Below, one piece after another: positions 15,001 through 25,714 of a stretch of DNA of 64,000 nt (positions within the stretch are counted from its first letter, which is position 1; every line of letters starts with the position of its first letter). A program made the translations under genes and the position numbers. The stretch lies in NCBI RefSeq assembly GCF_964355755.1, contig NC_092672.1, forward strand, positions 7,564,001-7,628,000, read 5' to 3'. Origin of the DNA: Antedon mediterranea. Lineage: Eukaryota; Animalia; Echinodermata. The notes beneath the pieces were generated by a model. The model saw only the letters and a program-made list of their open reading frames with translations, did no database searches and was not told where the DNA came from.

Positions 15001-18000
15001 TGTGGAGATATATTTGTGGATCCCTGTGAAGGTAACTTGTGTCGATCTGGTTCAACGTGTGTGACTCTACCTGAGGGTGGATATCGATGTGATTGTCCAA
15101 TTGGCTTGCAAGGAGAGAAATGTGAAGAAGGTAAATAATGCACATCTCCCATTTATTGTGGTGTCTGTAATCTCTGTGGTTACCATGAGCTCGGTGACAC
15201 AACACCATGAAGGACGCCATAGCATAAGCAGAACCAATGCAACTAGCTAGCATTGGACGGCTCCATATGAGTACTCAGCCAGTGGCCTTTGTATTCTGTG
15301 TTACGCCACTGCATGGGCTGTGCGTGCTAGTACTGTAGATGGCCTAACGCTCTGTCTACACTATCAAAACTAGACAAAAAAAGTGTAAATGTGCCCAATT
15401 ATGGTAGTGATATGCCCAAATAGTTTATAGTGATATGACATCATCATGTCCATATATGGGCACATTACGGGTTAAATTATTGATTGCATTATTACATTTA
15501 ATACACTATTATATTACATTTTTTTGTGTTAAAAGAAGTTGTAGAGGAAGTGTACATCCCAGCCTTCTCTGGTATATCCTACATTGAGAGACCAGGACTT
15601 AAGAATCTTGCAGACCAGACAAGTATGAATATCTCATTCTTAACAAAGGCAAAAGATGGTATGATTCTGTACAATGGACAAAAAGGATCCAATAGAAATG
15701 GAGATTTCATTTCTCTTAATATGGTTAATGGATTCTTGGAATTCAGATACGATCTTGGTGGAGGAGAAGCAAACATTAAGTAATTAACGATTTTAAATTT
15801 AAATTGGATATAATTAAACAATAACAAAACAATATTAGCATATTCAACTTTTTTAGCAGATCTAACAAGTTTAATTAACACATTATTTTTATAACTTTTA
15901 AATAGTGTCTGTACTGTACTTGTTTATTGTTTTAAACATTGTTCATTTATTTAAAACTGATTTGATATAAAAGACCAATAAAGGATGAATTTAATTGAAT
16001 TTTCTGTGATGAAGTTTACCTTTTTATAGGTGTATATTGATAACAATAAATTTTAAAAACTAACTTCCACCAAAACAAATAATCAACTTTAAACTTCTTG
16101 CAGGAGTGAAACACCTTTATCTATGAATGAATTTCATGATGTTTATGTGACACGAAATCGCAGAAATGGAATGATGGTGATTGATAATGGTACACCAGTA
16201 TCTGGAAAATCTAAGGTAAAAAAATGTCATAGAATTGAATTGTCAACAAATGATGATATCATGTTACTATTATATGCCGAACGAGATTTGGACTTATTTA
16301 CGCACACCGTGTATGCGGAACCTGTGTGCAAACAATTTTGTTACTAAAACTCAATTTTTTAATTTTATATATCTCATGTGTTTATATTGTTTTACTTTTA
16401 AATGTTTGAAGCTCACTAGTATGGAGAGCCGTTTCGATAGTGCGTACCTGAAAATGGAATAAAATTAAATAAAAATAAGGTACTAACTTTCTAACAAAGC
16501 AACTTTTCTTTTCATGATAAAGGGAACTCAGTCCCAGTTGAATCTAGGTGGAAATCTATTTATTGGTGGAAGTAGAGATTTCCAGTTTGCTACACGAGCA
16601 AGAATAACAACTGGTCTTACTGGTGCCATAGATAAAGTGAGTGCTTTTACATTTGAAAATAGATTATTAATCTATAAAAATGTACATTTATTTTAAATAA
16701 ATATGTTACACTGTAACAAATACAAATATATTTCATTCAAAAAATTGAAAATAAAGATTTGATAATATTTCAAAATATATGCTAATTTTGATACATTCAT
16801 AGTTCATGGTCAGAGGAGAGATGGTTGATGATTTGCTAGAGGGCGCCATTAATATTGTTGAAGTTACAAACTACCAAGATGATGTTTGTAAGAATTCTCC
16901 ATGCATGGATGGTTACATGTGCATGAAAAACGTAACTACGTACGCCTGTGTTTGTCCCCCCGGTAAATTTGACACCGAAAATGGTTGTGCTTCTGAAATA
17001 GGTAAGCTTAGAGTTGACAGCTTGAACTTTACTTTACCTTTATCAATCCAGTGAAGATTGATTGATCAATCTATGTAAATATGATTTCCTATATGAACAA
17101 ATACAATTTGAAATAATGACTGGCCTCAATTTGTTTTATATATCAAACTTAAATGGGCAATCTGATATACTAGTGTTGTACAGTATGTAAAAGTTTATAA
17201 CTGATTTTTAATTTCAGATCCAGGCATGGTATCAGATGTTCAAACAACGCAGAAACCAACCATAACACCATCAAATAATATCATAGGTCTTGATGGAAAT
17301 ACCACCCTAGCATACCCATCTGGGGGTAAAATAAGGTAAGAAAATTATCTTGAGTGCTGTACCTTTGAATAGGAGCAACACGTCTTTTAAGGCCTGAACA
17401 ATAAGCGGTTTTGCAATGAACAAAACAGATTGTGTTTACGAGTGAATTCTTGTAATGTAATGTAGGGCAGAGGTGAGAAGACAGTTACAAATGATGCTTT
17501 ATTAAAATAGCAAACTGAAATAAAATGCAGACAAAATGATGCTTTATTCAAATAGGCAACTGAAATAATAATAATTCTGATATATCTTAACATAAGTAAA
17601 ATTACAGTATGTTTTGCTAACCCAGTTGCAGAACTTTTGTGTATAATTAATATAAATTTAAATAATTTTACTTCTAGTATATCTTTTACTAATATGATAC
17701 TAGCTTTGAATAGAAAGTATTATTTGAATAATAATATAATTGGTTTGTAATTGTCTAATGGATTTGAAAATGTCTTTTTTACCATCCAATCTTGAAAGAA
17801 ACTGATGGTGCCTTAACAGTTCTTTGCAAGTTTTCTTTCAATTTTAATTTGTTAAAAAGACATTTGAAAATTATTTTGTTACTACAAAACAGATGAACAG
17901 TTTTGTCTGATTATGTTGTTGTAACCTAATCAGTATAAGTGTTGTGTTAAATTAACTATACTCACATAATACTAAATTGTAGTAGATAAGATTCCTGATT

Positions 18001-21000
18001 TTATTTTAGTTACAGACGCACTAAAAACATGTATGATAATAGTGTAGTGAAATATTCAGCAACTTATTGGAGTACTATACGGTAAAAACAACAACAAACA
18101 AATAAAATACAACCGACTTCTTTGCTACATCTTCATCAAATATCATGTGTGGATTTTCCAAATTTAGCTTTACCTATTTCCAGGGAGTTGTAAAATACTT
18201 TACAACTCCATGCTTTTTCTTTCAACATATCAATTTTCTCTAGTTAATGTAAAAAAAACACCAAATCATGTTCTTTTTAAAAGCAATGTTTTCATACAGC
18301 ATATAGGCAATCCATACATAATTTATCACACATAATAAATCGAATTACATTAAGAATTGTATTTTAGGAATGAAATATACATAATTAGTGTTTGAAAATT
18401 TAATTTTAAACCGATATAAGGATCGATGTATGTATTCATCTTTACCAAAACCCTTGCACAAACTTGAAAACATTCCAATTGTTAGAATGTGTATGTATAC
18501 ATTTCAAAAAGGAAAATTGGCTTTTAAACATTGTTTACGAATATCTTTCTAAATGTATGACTGTTGTAGGTAGTAAAAATTGATTATACTAAATTAGATT
18601 ATTATACATTCAGTTTTAGTTTGGAAACTATTTGTTTGACTTTGACAGAAGCACCACAAGGCAAAACATTTTGCTTTGTGAAATCTGCCATTTTGATAAG
18701 ATAAGATAAGATAACTTTTATTGATCCTCAAAAAGGAAATTCATTGCTCGTCATAATAACAAAGAAAACACAATAAAAACAAATATAGCATAAAACCATT
18801 CATATAAAAACATCTAAAAAATTACAAGATAAAATTATCTTCTTGACTTCCTGTTGTACTGGAGGATACCGGAGGGAATAAAGGATTTAGCAAATCGATT
18901 TGTTTTCACACTGAGGAGCCTCAATCTACCACTTGGATTAAGTAGGTCTATGATCACTTTGTGGAGAGGATGAGAGGCATCCGACTAAATAGGGTTGATT
19001 TCTTTTTAAATTTGTTTTGTATAAAATATAATAATATGAAAAACATTAATATGTATTCTTATGCTTGCAATGGAAGGTTACAATGCATGAACTGAGTTTT
19101 GTTTGATATTAAGATTTTAATCACAATATCTTGGGATTGGTAGCCATCTAAGTTACAACTCTTCTATTTATACCATTCACTTATTTAAAATTTCATAACT
19201 ACTGCACTACTTAATGTTTGATGTGACAGTAATATATTTTAGATAATAGTTTAATCAATTTTGTCATTGGTGTGATTTTGCTTGCCATTTTACTTCATCT
19301 TTACACCATGTCATATTTCATTTTCTATTCACAGTGGCGACGAAACGGTTGCATCTCTTCGGTATTAAAACTTACAATTTGTTCAACAGTTATAGTTGCA
19401 TGAACTTTAACCTTTGCATGCCTGCATGTTTTCTCCATTCCATTAACAGTTAAATTAAACTACGTAATAAAACTAACTACTCTATGTGCCAAACTTTTAG
19501 AGAGTTGGACATCTATCCTTTCTTTTAGATTTATTGTGTAGACGATTTCAAATATCTAAATAAATTGTTCATTTTTTAGCAGTGTTGGAAAACTACAATA
19601 TAAGATATCAAATATCTATCAGAGATATATATGATCTTTAAACAATAAATACATATTACAACAACACTTTGTTAAAATTTCTTTGTTCCAATTCAACACT
19701 TCTTTCCAATTCCAATTCCTTCTTTTGGCAGGGTGTTGAAAACGGTGTTTTGTGAATAATCTTTATGCTAAACAAACTTTTTTTCAAAATTGCTTATTTT
19801 CAATTTTCTGCTTCATAGCTAAGGCTTTATTTTTTGCATTTTTATTGATAATTCAATTTACTTTTCACTTGGCATGGCATGGATAAATCACAATTTTATT
19901 ATTGAAATTGTTTTTTTTTTCTATAAAAAATGTATTTTTTATTTTTTCCATCTGGAAACATAATCAGAATGAAATACTATTGGTTTTTTAAACCTTCTTT
20001 TTGAGATTTTAGCATGTTTTTTCCATTTCTTTTCATAATTTCAGGGAATAGTAAAGGTTTTTTTTGTGTGTTTTTAAATTAAATTTTAACATTGTGTTAG
20101 GATGCTTGTTGGAAAACACATAGTTGCATGAGGGACATAAAGCATTTAAAAAATAGTATACAATCAAAGTAAAGTAACTTTCAATCATGCCAATTTCTAA
20201 TTGAATTTATTTTGATAATTCCTTTCATTATGGATAAATACAGTATTTACCAATCATACTTAAGTGAGACATGTTAACTTTTTTTTAAGGTGTCCCCTCA
20301 ATAGAGGTTCAACTGAACTTCAAAAGGGTTGCAAAGTAGATTAGTAGTTAAAAAAATATTCTAAAAAATTATTCAAATAATTAAAGACACCTTCCCTACA
20401 ATTTGTGACGTTTTGTTAAAATAATACATATATTACTTTAAAAACATTAAACCAGGTCATTTCTTGTCTTAAATGTACGTTTTGTGGTAAATTATGATAA
20501 AAAGTGAGAAACAATGCACTACCTAAGTAGCTCGCGTCGATTGACCTCTCGTACACGATCTTTAGGCCTAGCCTAGGTAGGCTTAGTTTTGTAGGCCAAG
20601 CTGGTAAACATCGGTAACGTACGAACATCATACGCTAGCTATATACCTAGCCTGACGTTGTATAGTTGCTGCATTAATTGTCTATTTTTGCGAGACTCCG
20701 TTGATACAAATTGGGGAAAAACCGATATTTTCGCTGAAAAGTTAGGAGTCTTCCATTTGTTTTGGCCTCACGATCGATCGAAAAGTTGGTGAATTACAAA
20801 AGAAAAACAAAAATATCAATCCGCGCGCAATGCATTTTGGGATATATAGCGGGCCGCTATAATTATTAGATTCGAATTATTTTTCACATTTTTAACCATT
20901 TAAAGACGAAAACAGTTATCGCAATAGGACCATATAGTACATTAAATATCGTTTGTGATCTTAAATTAGATCTAAATAATGTAGGGAAGGTGTCTTTAAC

Positions 21001-23048
21001 TATCACTAATTTTATTTTAAAAGAGTAAAAGCAGCCAGATCCAGTCAGATTGAATTGGATGTAAGGACTGTCAACAAGTCTGGTGTCATCTTATGGAATG
21101 GCCAAGATAATGGAAAGAGTGGAGACTTCCTTGCCATAGCTATTATCAATGGACTTCCAGAATTTTCCTACAATCTTGGTTCAGGCACGCTGCGCATCAA
21201 ATCCAACATTCCGATTAACGATGGACAATGGCATAGAATATATGCTATGAGGCAAGTATTGATAATAATAATTGATAATAATATTCGGGCATTCCAACCT
21301 TACCGATTTCTCCAGGAGCCTTGCAAATTTTCAGCCGATTCCCCGAATATTAACAAAATCTCCCGAAATATTGGTTTTGGATGAAAACATTTATTATTAT
21401 TTATTCTCATTCAGTGAAAAAACCTCTAATTTGTAAGGTGCAGACATAATGTGTGGCTGAGTAGATGATGGGGAGCTAAATTGTGATATCCTATTTGCTG
21501 ATTTTCAGTGCAATGTTGGAATGTTCTGTTAAAATATTTGAACAAAATTGGTAGAGTTAGTTTCATTTCCCAAGATCTTTTAGTGAAAGTGTACATATAA
21601 TTGGTCAGATGTTTTGGCCTACTCTGACGTAATTTGTACTTCATACGAAGTAGGTTCTAAGTGGGTTCGAGTTCCATCCTAGAATTACTTGCGAATTGTT
21701 TCGTAAGTATTCTCAAATGTACTTAGTATGAAGTACAAATTACGTCAGAGTAGGGCAAAACATCTGACCAATTACTCAACTCCCTGACGCAAAGCTACTT
21801 CACAGTAGTTTAATACAATTACAACCCTAATTAATAATTGTTTATTTTTATATGTAGAAATCTGAGGGAAGGTAGTCTGCAAGTAGATGAGGATGAACCC
21901 ATTCTTGATACGTCAAAAGCAGCCTCAACTCAACTTGATACAAATGGACTATTAATATTAGGTATGTAAACAGCTTGTGTGATGTGCCCAAATATGGTAG
22001 TGATATGCCCAAATATGGTAGTGGTATGACATCATCATGTCCATTATTATATGGGCACGTCACGTCATGTTTTTGTCACATAAAGTTTGATAGTATAGAC
22101 AGATCTTAAGAGGTTACACATTCATTAGAATAAAGTTAGTTCATACTTTGTGCTTAATCCTGAACTATAATATATGTTGTAAAGTCTAAAATGCATCTCT
22201 CTCTTTTTTAACATCTTTTATACAATTTCAATTTTTTATTTCAATTATTAACAACAACCCAATTAGCAGCAACTTATAAATTACATGGTGTTTACAGAAA
22301 ATATAAAACATTTACAGAAATACACATACCATACTCAAGGAAAGACATTTACAAAGAATTATTAAATTAAAAAATTATTGCATCCACAAAATCAGTTTCT
22401 AATTTATAGTACAATTATTTAAAACTATCTATGTATTTTAGCAATATGAAACTAATAAAGGCATAGTACTAAATTTTAAAATGGTTTATAACAATTATTG
22501 GAATATTTCACTGTTGAGACAGCGAGTGAGGATAAGGTATTGCATTATTCCTATATCTATATGTTACCTCCATCAAAATGGCTAGAGGTTTTGTGGTCAA
22601 TTGCATGTGTCTGTATGTGTGTTTGTTTCTTTTTATATTTGTTAGCAGGATTACTCAAAAAGTTATTGCTCGATTTTCATAAGATTTTAAAGGATGATTT
22701 CATTCCTGTATGGGAACACGTCATTAGATTGTCATATGCTATAGGCAGAGGTTTGCGCTCTCTGAGTGCCCTTCTAGTTTGTAATTGATGGGTTGATATA
22801 AATAACTTTTTGTTTATAGTACTAATTAATGTGTATATAAATGAATAACACTATTTTTAAAAGCCATGTTAACATTTTTACTATCTTCCAAAACAGGTGG
22901 TGTTGATTCTTTATCAGCAAATGCACCGTCAGAATACAGGAACATGTTTGTAGGTTGTGTCAAGAATGTTCAAATAGTTGGAAACAATTTAAAATTAGTA
23001 GATGATGCTATCGGCCAGAAACCAACTCAATTCTGCAGTGAGAACTAA
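1..23048 (+). CDS. AGRN: Agrin (multi-exon, 5' end lies upstream of the window)
   Basis: Phase-consistent exons read by hand: <1-33, 494-712, 1575-1781, 2333-2533 (Kazal/follistatin, PVCGSDG..Y..EC), 2884-2916, 4501-4533, 5989-6234 (SG-rich + Kazal), 6479-6631, 7678-7770 (YGCCPDG), 7919-8080 and 8538-8672 (laminin-EGF, [14 protein letters not shown]), 8790-9020 (Kazal), 9118-9210, 9349-10269 (S/T-rich), 10503-10673, 10987-11124 (EGF), 11361-11556, 13929-14144, 14631-14848 (LG1+EGF), 14993-15130 (EGF), 15536-15779, 16104-16215, 16523-16636, 16803-17001 (LG2+EGF), 17218-17335, 21024-21251, 21858-21961, 22897-23048 (LG3, TAA). The order FS-LE-FS-S/T-EGF/LG x3 is diagnostic of agrin. Confidence 0.95.
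1899..2065. mobile_element. Short degenerate MITE (AAGCTTGGTTC...CCAAGCTT); related copy at ~39069-39175
   Basis: Imperfect terminal inverted repeats in TAA context; shares internal GTCGCTTGTGATTGGT with the 39.1-kb copy. Confidence 0.55.
2884..2916 (+). CDS. AGRN: Agrin 33-nt microexon encoding acidic Ser-Gly peptide ([11 protein letters not shown])
   Basis: acacag|AC...TCTG|gtattt; phase 1-1, frame-preserving; acidic+SG GAG attachment consensus; not in the ORF track. Confidence 0.85.
4501..4533 (+). CDS. AGRN: Agrin 33-nt microexon encoding [11 protein letters not shown]
   Basis: Branch point ACTAAC + T-rich tract, ttcag|GG...CTAG|gtagag; phase 1-1; Ser-Gly repeats. Confidence 0.85.
   Translation, partial: GLDQDTKEVD
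5590..5920. repeat. 24-bp minisatellite (CCAGTTTATGCCAGTATCAATAAA)n in agrin intron
   Basis: About 5 near-perfect copies at 5780-5920 plus degenerate copies upstream; gives the spurious [11 protein letters not shown]. Confidence 0.9.
6479..6631 (+). CDS. AGRN: Agrin exon encoding a lustrin/WR1-like cysteine module
   Basis: gcag|AA..CCAG|gtgaga; [51 protein letters not shown]. Confidence 0.8.
9118..9210 (+). CDS. AGRN: Agrin exon encoding an antistasin-like module
   Basis: ttcag|AA..ATTG|gtaggt; [30 protein letters not shown] fits C-x4-C-x3-C-x2-GF-x2-D-x-NGC-x2-C-x-C. Confidence 0.85.
9349..10269 (+). CDS. AGRN: Agrin Ser/Thr/Glu-rich mucin-like exon with 24-bp coding repeats (EKDVTETL) and a C-terminal [15 protein letters not shown] site
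   Basis: Long open frame, TAGCAG acceptor, ACAG|gtaaag donor; tandem 8-aa repeats at ~9990-10140. Confidence 0.9.
10810..10944. mobile_element. Short MITE family (TIR AGCTCTGTCTACACTATCAAAC); other copies ~15349-15466, ~21975-22108, ~40232-40406
   Basis: Inverted ends GCTCTGTCAACACTATCAAAC / GTTTGATAGTGTAGACAGGGC in TAA/TTA context; the other three copies share internal GTGATATGACATCATCAT. Confidence 0.75.
18695..19005 (-). mobile_element. 3' fragment of a Rex1/Babar-like non-LTR retrotransposon
   Basis: Minus strand reads DASHPLH...[29 protein letters not shown], followed by AATAAA and a (TTATC)n tail. Confidence 0.7.
19335..19361 (+). CDS. AGRN: Candidate 27-nt alternative microexon at the agrin z/B site (SGDETVASL)
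   Basis: Pyrimidine tract + cacag|TGGCGACGAAACGGTTGCATCTCTTCG|gtatta; phase 2-2 matches flanking exons; GC-rich island in AT-rich intron; 3 TGCATG just downstream. Confidence 0.7.
19397..19477 (+). promoter_or_regulatory. Intronic splicing-enhancer cluster: 3x TGCATG (Rbfox motif) plus ACTAAC
   Basis: TGCATG at 19397, 19415, 19423; ACTAAC at 19472; YCAY-rich tract at ~19264-19332 upstream of the microexon. Confidence 0.6.
20381..20999. mobile_element. Non-autonomous TTAA-specific DNA transposon (Kolobok-like)
   Basis: Perfect 20-bp inverted ends TTAAAGACACCTTCCCTACA / TGTAGGGAAGGTGTCTTTAA (TTAA TSD, AG...CT termini); no ORF. Confidence 0.85.
21598..21775. mobile_element. Hairpin/MITE-like element with ~55-bp inverted arms
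   Basis: TAATTGGTCAGATGTTTTGGCCTACTCTGACGTAATTTGTACTTCATAC ... GTATGAAGTACAAATTACGTCAGAGTAGGGCAAAACATCTGACCAATTA. Confidence 0.75.
22564..22780 (+). mobile_element. Degenerate Helentron-associated (DINE-1/HINE-like) element
   Basis: TTACCTCC 5' end, (GT/GTYT) microsatellite, 3' GAGGTTTGCGCTCTCTGAGTGCCCTTCTAGTT stem-loop end. Confidence 0.5.
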
Positions 23049-25714
23049 AATAAGAAAATAAATAAATGGTTTTACATAAACTATGATGTATAAAAAAACT
23101 ATTACCAGGGTATGTTAAGTTTCTGTTTACTAGACTGTACTCCCTGGTTGGTATAACTCTGTCCTTATTTGCAAAACTATTTGCACAAAATTAAAATATT
23201 ACTTTTGTCAAAATGCATAATTAAATCAGCAAAAATTAATGAAAAGTGATAACCACACCACAAGACCATAGAGGCGAAAATCCACCGAAAAGCATCTACA
23301 ATTGTACAAAATTGGTTTAAGCATCAACCATTTAATTGTTATGATTAATAATGACCCCAAAATGGATGTTGTCTATTAACAGTGTTACTGTATACATTTT
23401 AGTTGTGAGATATTTGTATTTGAACAGATTATTTACAATTTTGTTTAATACTTTAACAATAATTATTATACAATTAGTGTTATAACATTTTATGAAAAAG
23501 TATCATTTATGTTAATGAAGAGTGTTAGTATTTATATATTGCCAGCTAGAGGAGAACATGTCATTGTATATATATCCATATCAATCATCTCTTTATTTAT
23601 TTATGTTGTGTAAATTGTTTTGAAATGTTACCATTAAGAAGGTAGAAAACAGAAGAATTTAATATATGCTGTGTTTACACCACTAAAGTTTTACTGCTGT
23701 TCAATGCCTGATAGATTTCAGAGTTACATTCGATGCAACTTAAACTCCAATAGGTTTCAGAATGTCACATTAGACGAGCGATTCATATCGGTGTTGTATC
23801 AAATGTTTAACTGCTGTGTTTTTTGCCGAACTAGCTAAACGGCAATGTAACTCCGATCAGCGTAACTTAACTCCAATAGAAAAAGAAATTTGTAAACACA
23901 GCTATATATAGAAATTAGACAAAATATTATTATGTGTTTGTAATATTTGTATTTTATGTTTATAAATAAATATATATAAATTTGTTTTAAGCTTTTGTAG
24001 TTAAGAATTGTACAGTTAAGGCGTACTGTGGGTTCATACAGTATAATCATTTACAAACTTGTAATTGCATGATATTTTTGGTCAGATTTTAAAGAAATTG
24101 ATGGAAAATACATTTGAGAGCTTTAAAAATAAAATGAGACTCATAATTTTTTATTCTTTAGTTTGGATATCGACAGATCGATAGTTATTGGTTATTAATA
24201 TTTAAAATTTCAAAATAGCAGGAATTAGTGTAAATTGTGAGAATATTCAAAATAAGCCTACTAGGCTGTACAATGTTGTAAACAATTGGAACAGTTAAAT
24301 TGCAGTTTACACCCTGTTCACATCCACAATTATGAGTCCCATTTTGTGGTGAGCCCTCACAACTGTGTTTTTTCCACAATGAGTTTGACATTCGTTAATT
24401 TAATATGCTGCTACGCTAAAAATTACGGGTTTTTGAAGGTTATATTTTTATTATGTTAGTTTTCTGATCAATACACAGTATCAGCTAGCACTCAACATAA
24501 GAACCGGCTATGTATAGTAAGCTTGGCTATAACTTATCAACACAGATATGATGTAGTAAGGCAGTAACTATTACCATTAGGCTGCTATATGCAATGTTCA
24601 AATTTTGCACGATTTTATGATTATAATTGTAATATCACAAGGTTCTATATGTGGATAGAGAAAGACAGCAACTCTTACATAAATAACTGATTGTCATTAT
24701 TACTATACATAGCACATATTGTACAGACTTGCTACTTTTACGTTCTTATATGATATTATTAAATCATCAAAAACAAGTTAAACACGGCCAAAATGTTCGC
24801 ACAAAAAAAAAACCCAGCAAAAACCCCCAGCAAATTGATTTAGTAGGTATGAAAAATACGCTTATAATAAATATGTGTATGATACACTTTTATAGTAGAA
24901 CCCCTCTTCCTTGGGATACTCCTATTATCAAAGGGACACCTCTATTAAGGGGACACTTTAACGTGAGAAGAATGAAGGGACACTGATGGCTAACCCAAAC
25001 ACCTAATATTTTAAATAAAAGGGGCCTCTTTAATAGTTCTTCTGTATTATAATATTGAATGTATGTTGGTAGGTTATTTATATCTGCCAATAGATCACAA
25101 CTCATCCCATTCTTAATTTTTTTTTTTTTATTTAAAATTCTAATCAAAATTCGTGTCTATAATTTGTTTCCAAGTGATTCAAGAGATACGTAATTTCTAT
25201 AAATTTACATTATATATCTGTATGTTGAAATTTACGTTTTTAATATGGTATAAATATGGCCAAAATATTTAAATTTCCAAATTTAGATATACGAAAATAC
25301 GTCTTTCAAAGAGATGACGAATCGTGTGCTTTCATTTGACGTTAATTGTTGTTGATAACACAGCGATTTTAATTCCATATTTACAGTAGTAATGTTTAAC
25401 CTTTAAACCTGTCGATTGTTGATCATTTTAAAAAGTTTTTATTTTACAAAATTATATTAAAATCATGTAAGCCTAAAGCTGAGGTTTTATTATATATTGT
25501 GCCATTCATTATAGTCTGTTCTATTGTAGCACTATATTATTATAATCTTTTTTTACAGTAATGGTTGGTTCATTGTTGTTTATTTCGTTTTTTATGTATT
25601 GTCGTAAAGTTGGTAGTATGTGTACTGTAGCTTGTGTATAAGAAAAAACAATTGTCCAAGAAAAAGATTTAAAACAACAAGGTCATATACATGGCTGCAG
25701 TCGCATGCTCAAGT

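Noticed and set aside
20045-20056. Other AG...GT micro-intervals in the z-site intron
   Set aside because: They introduce in-frame stop codons (TAG or TAA)
24893-25050. Scattered GACACCTCTATTAAGGG-type fragments (also ~6275, ~14482, ~39400-39540)
   Set aside because: Probably old Tc1/pogo-type MITE relics, too degraded to delimit confidently
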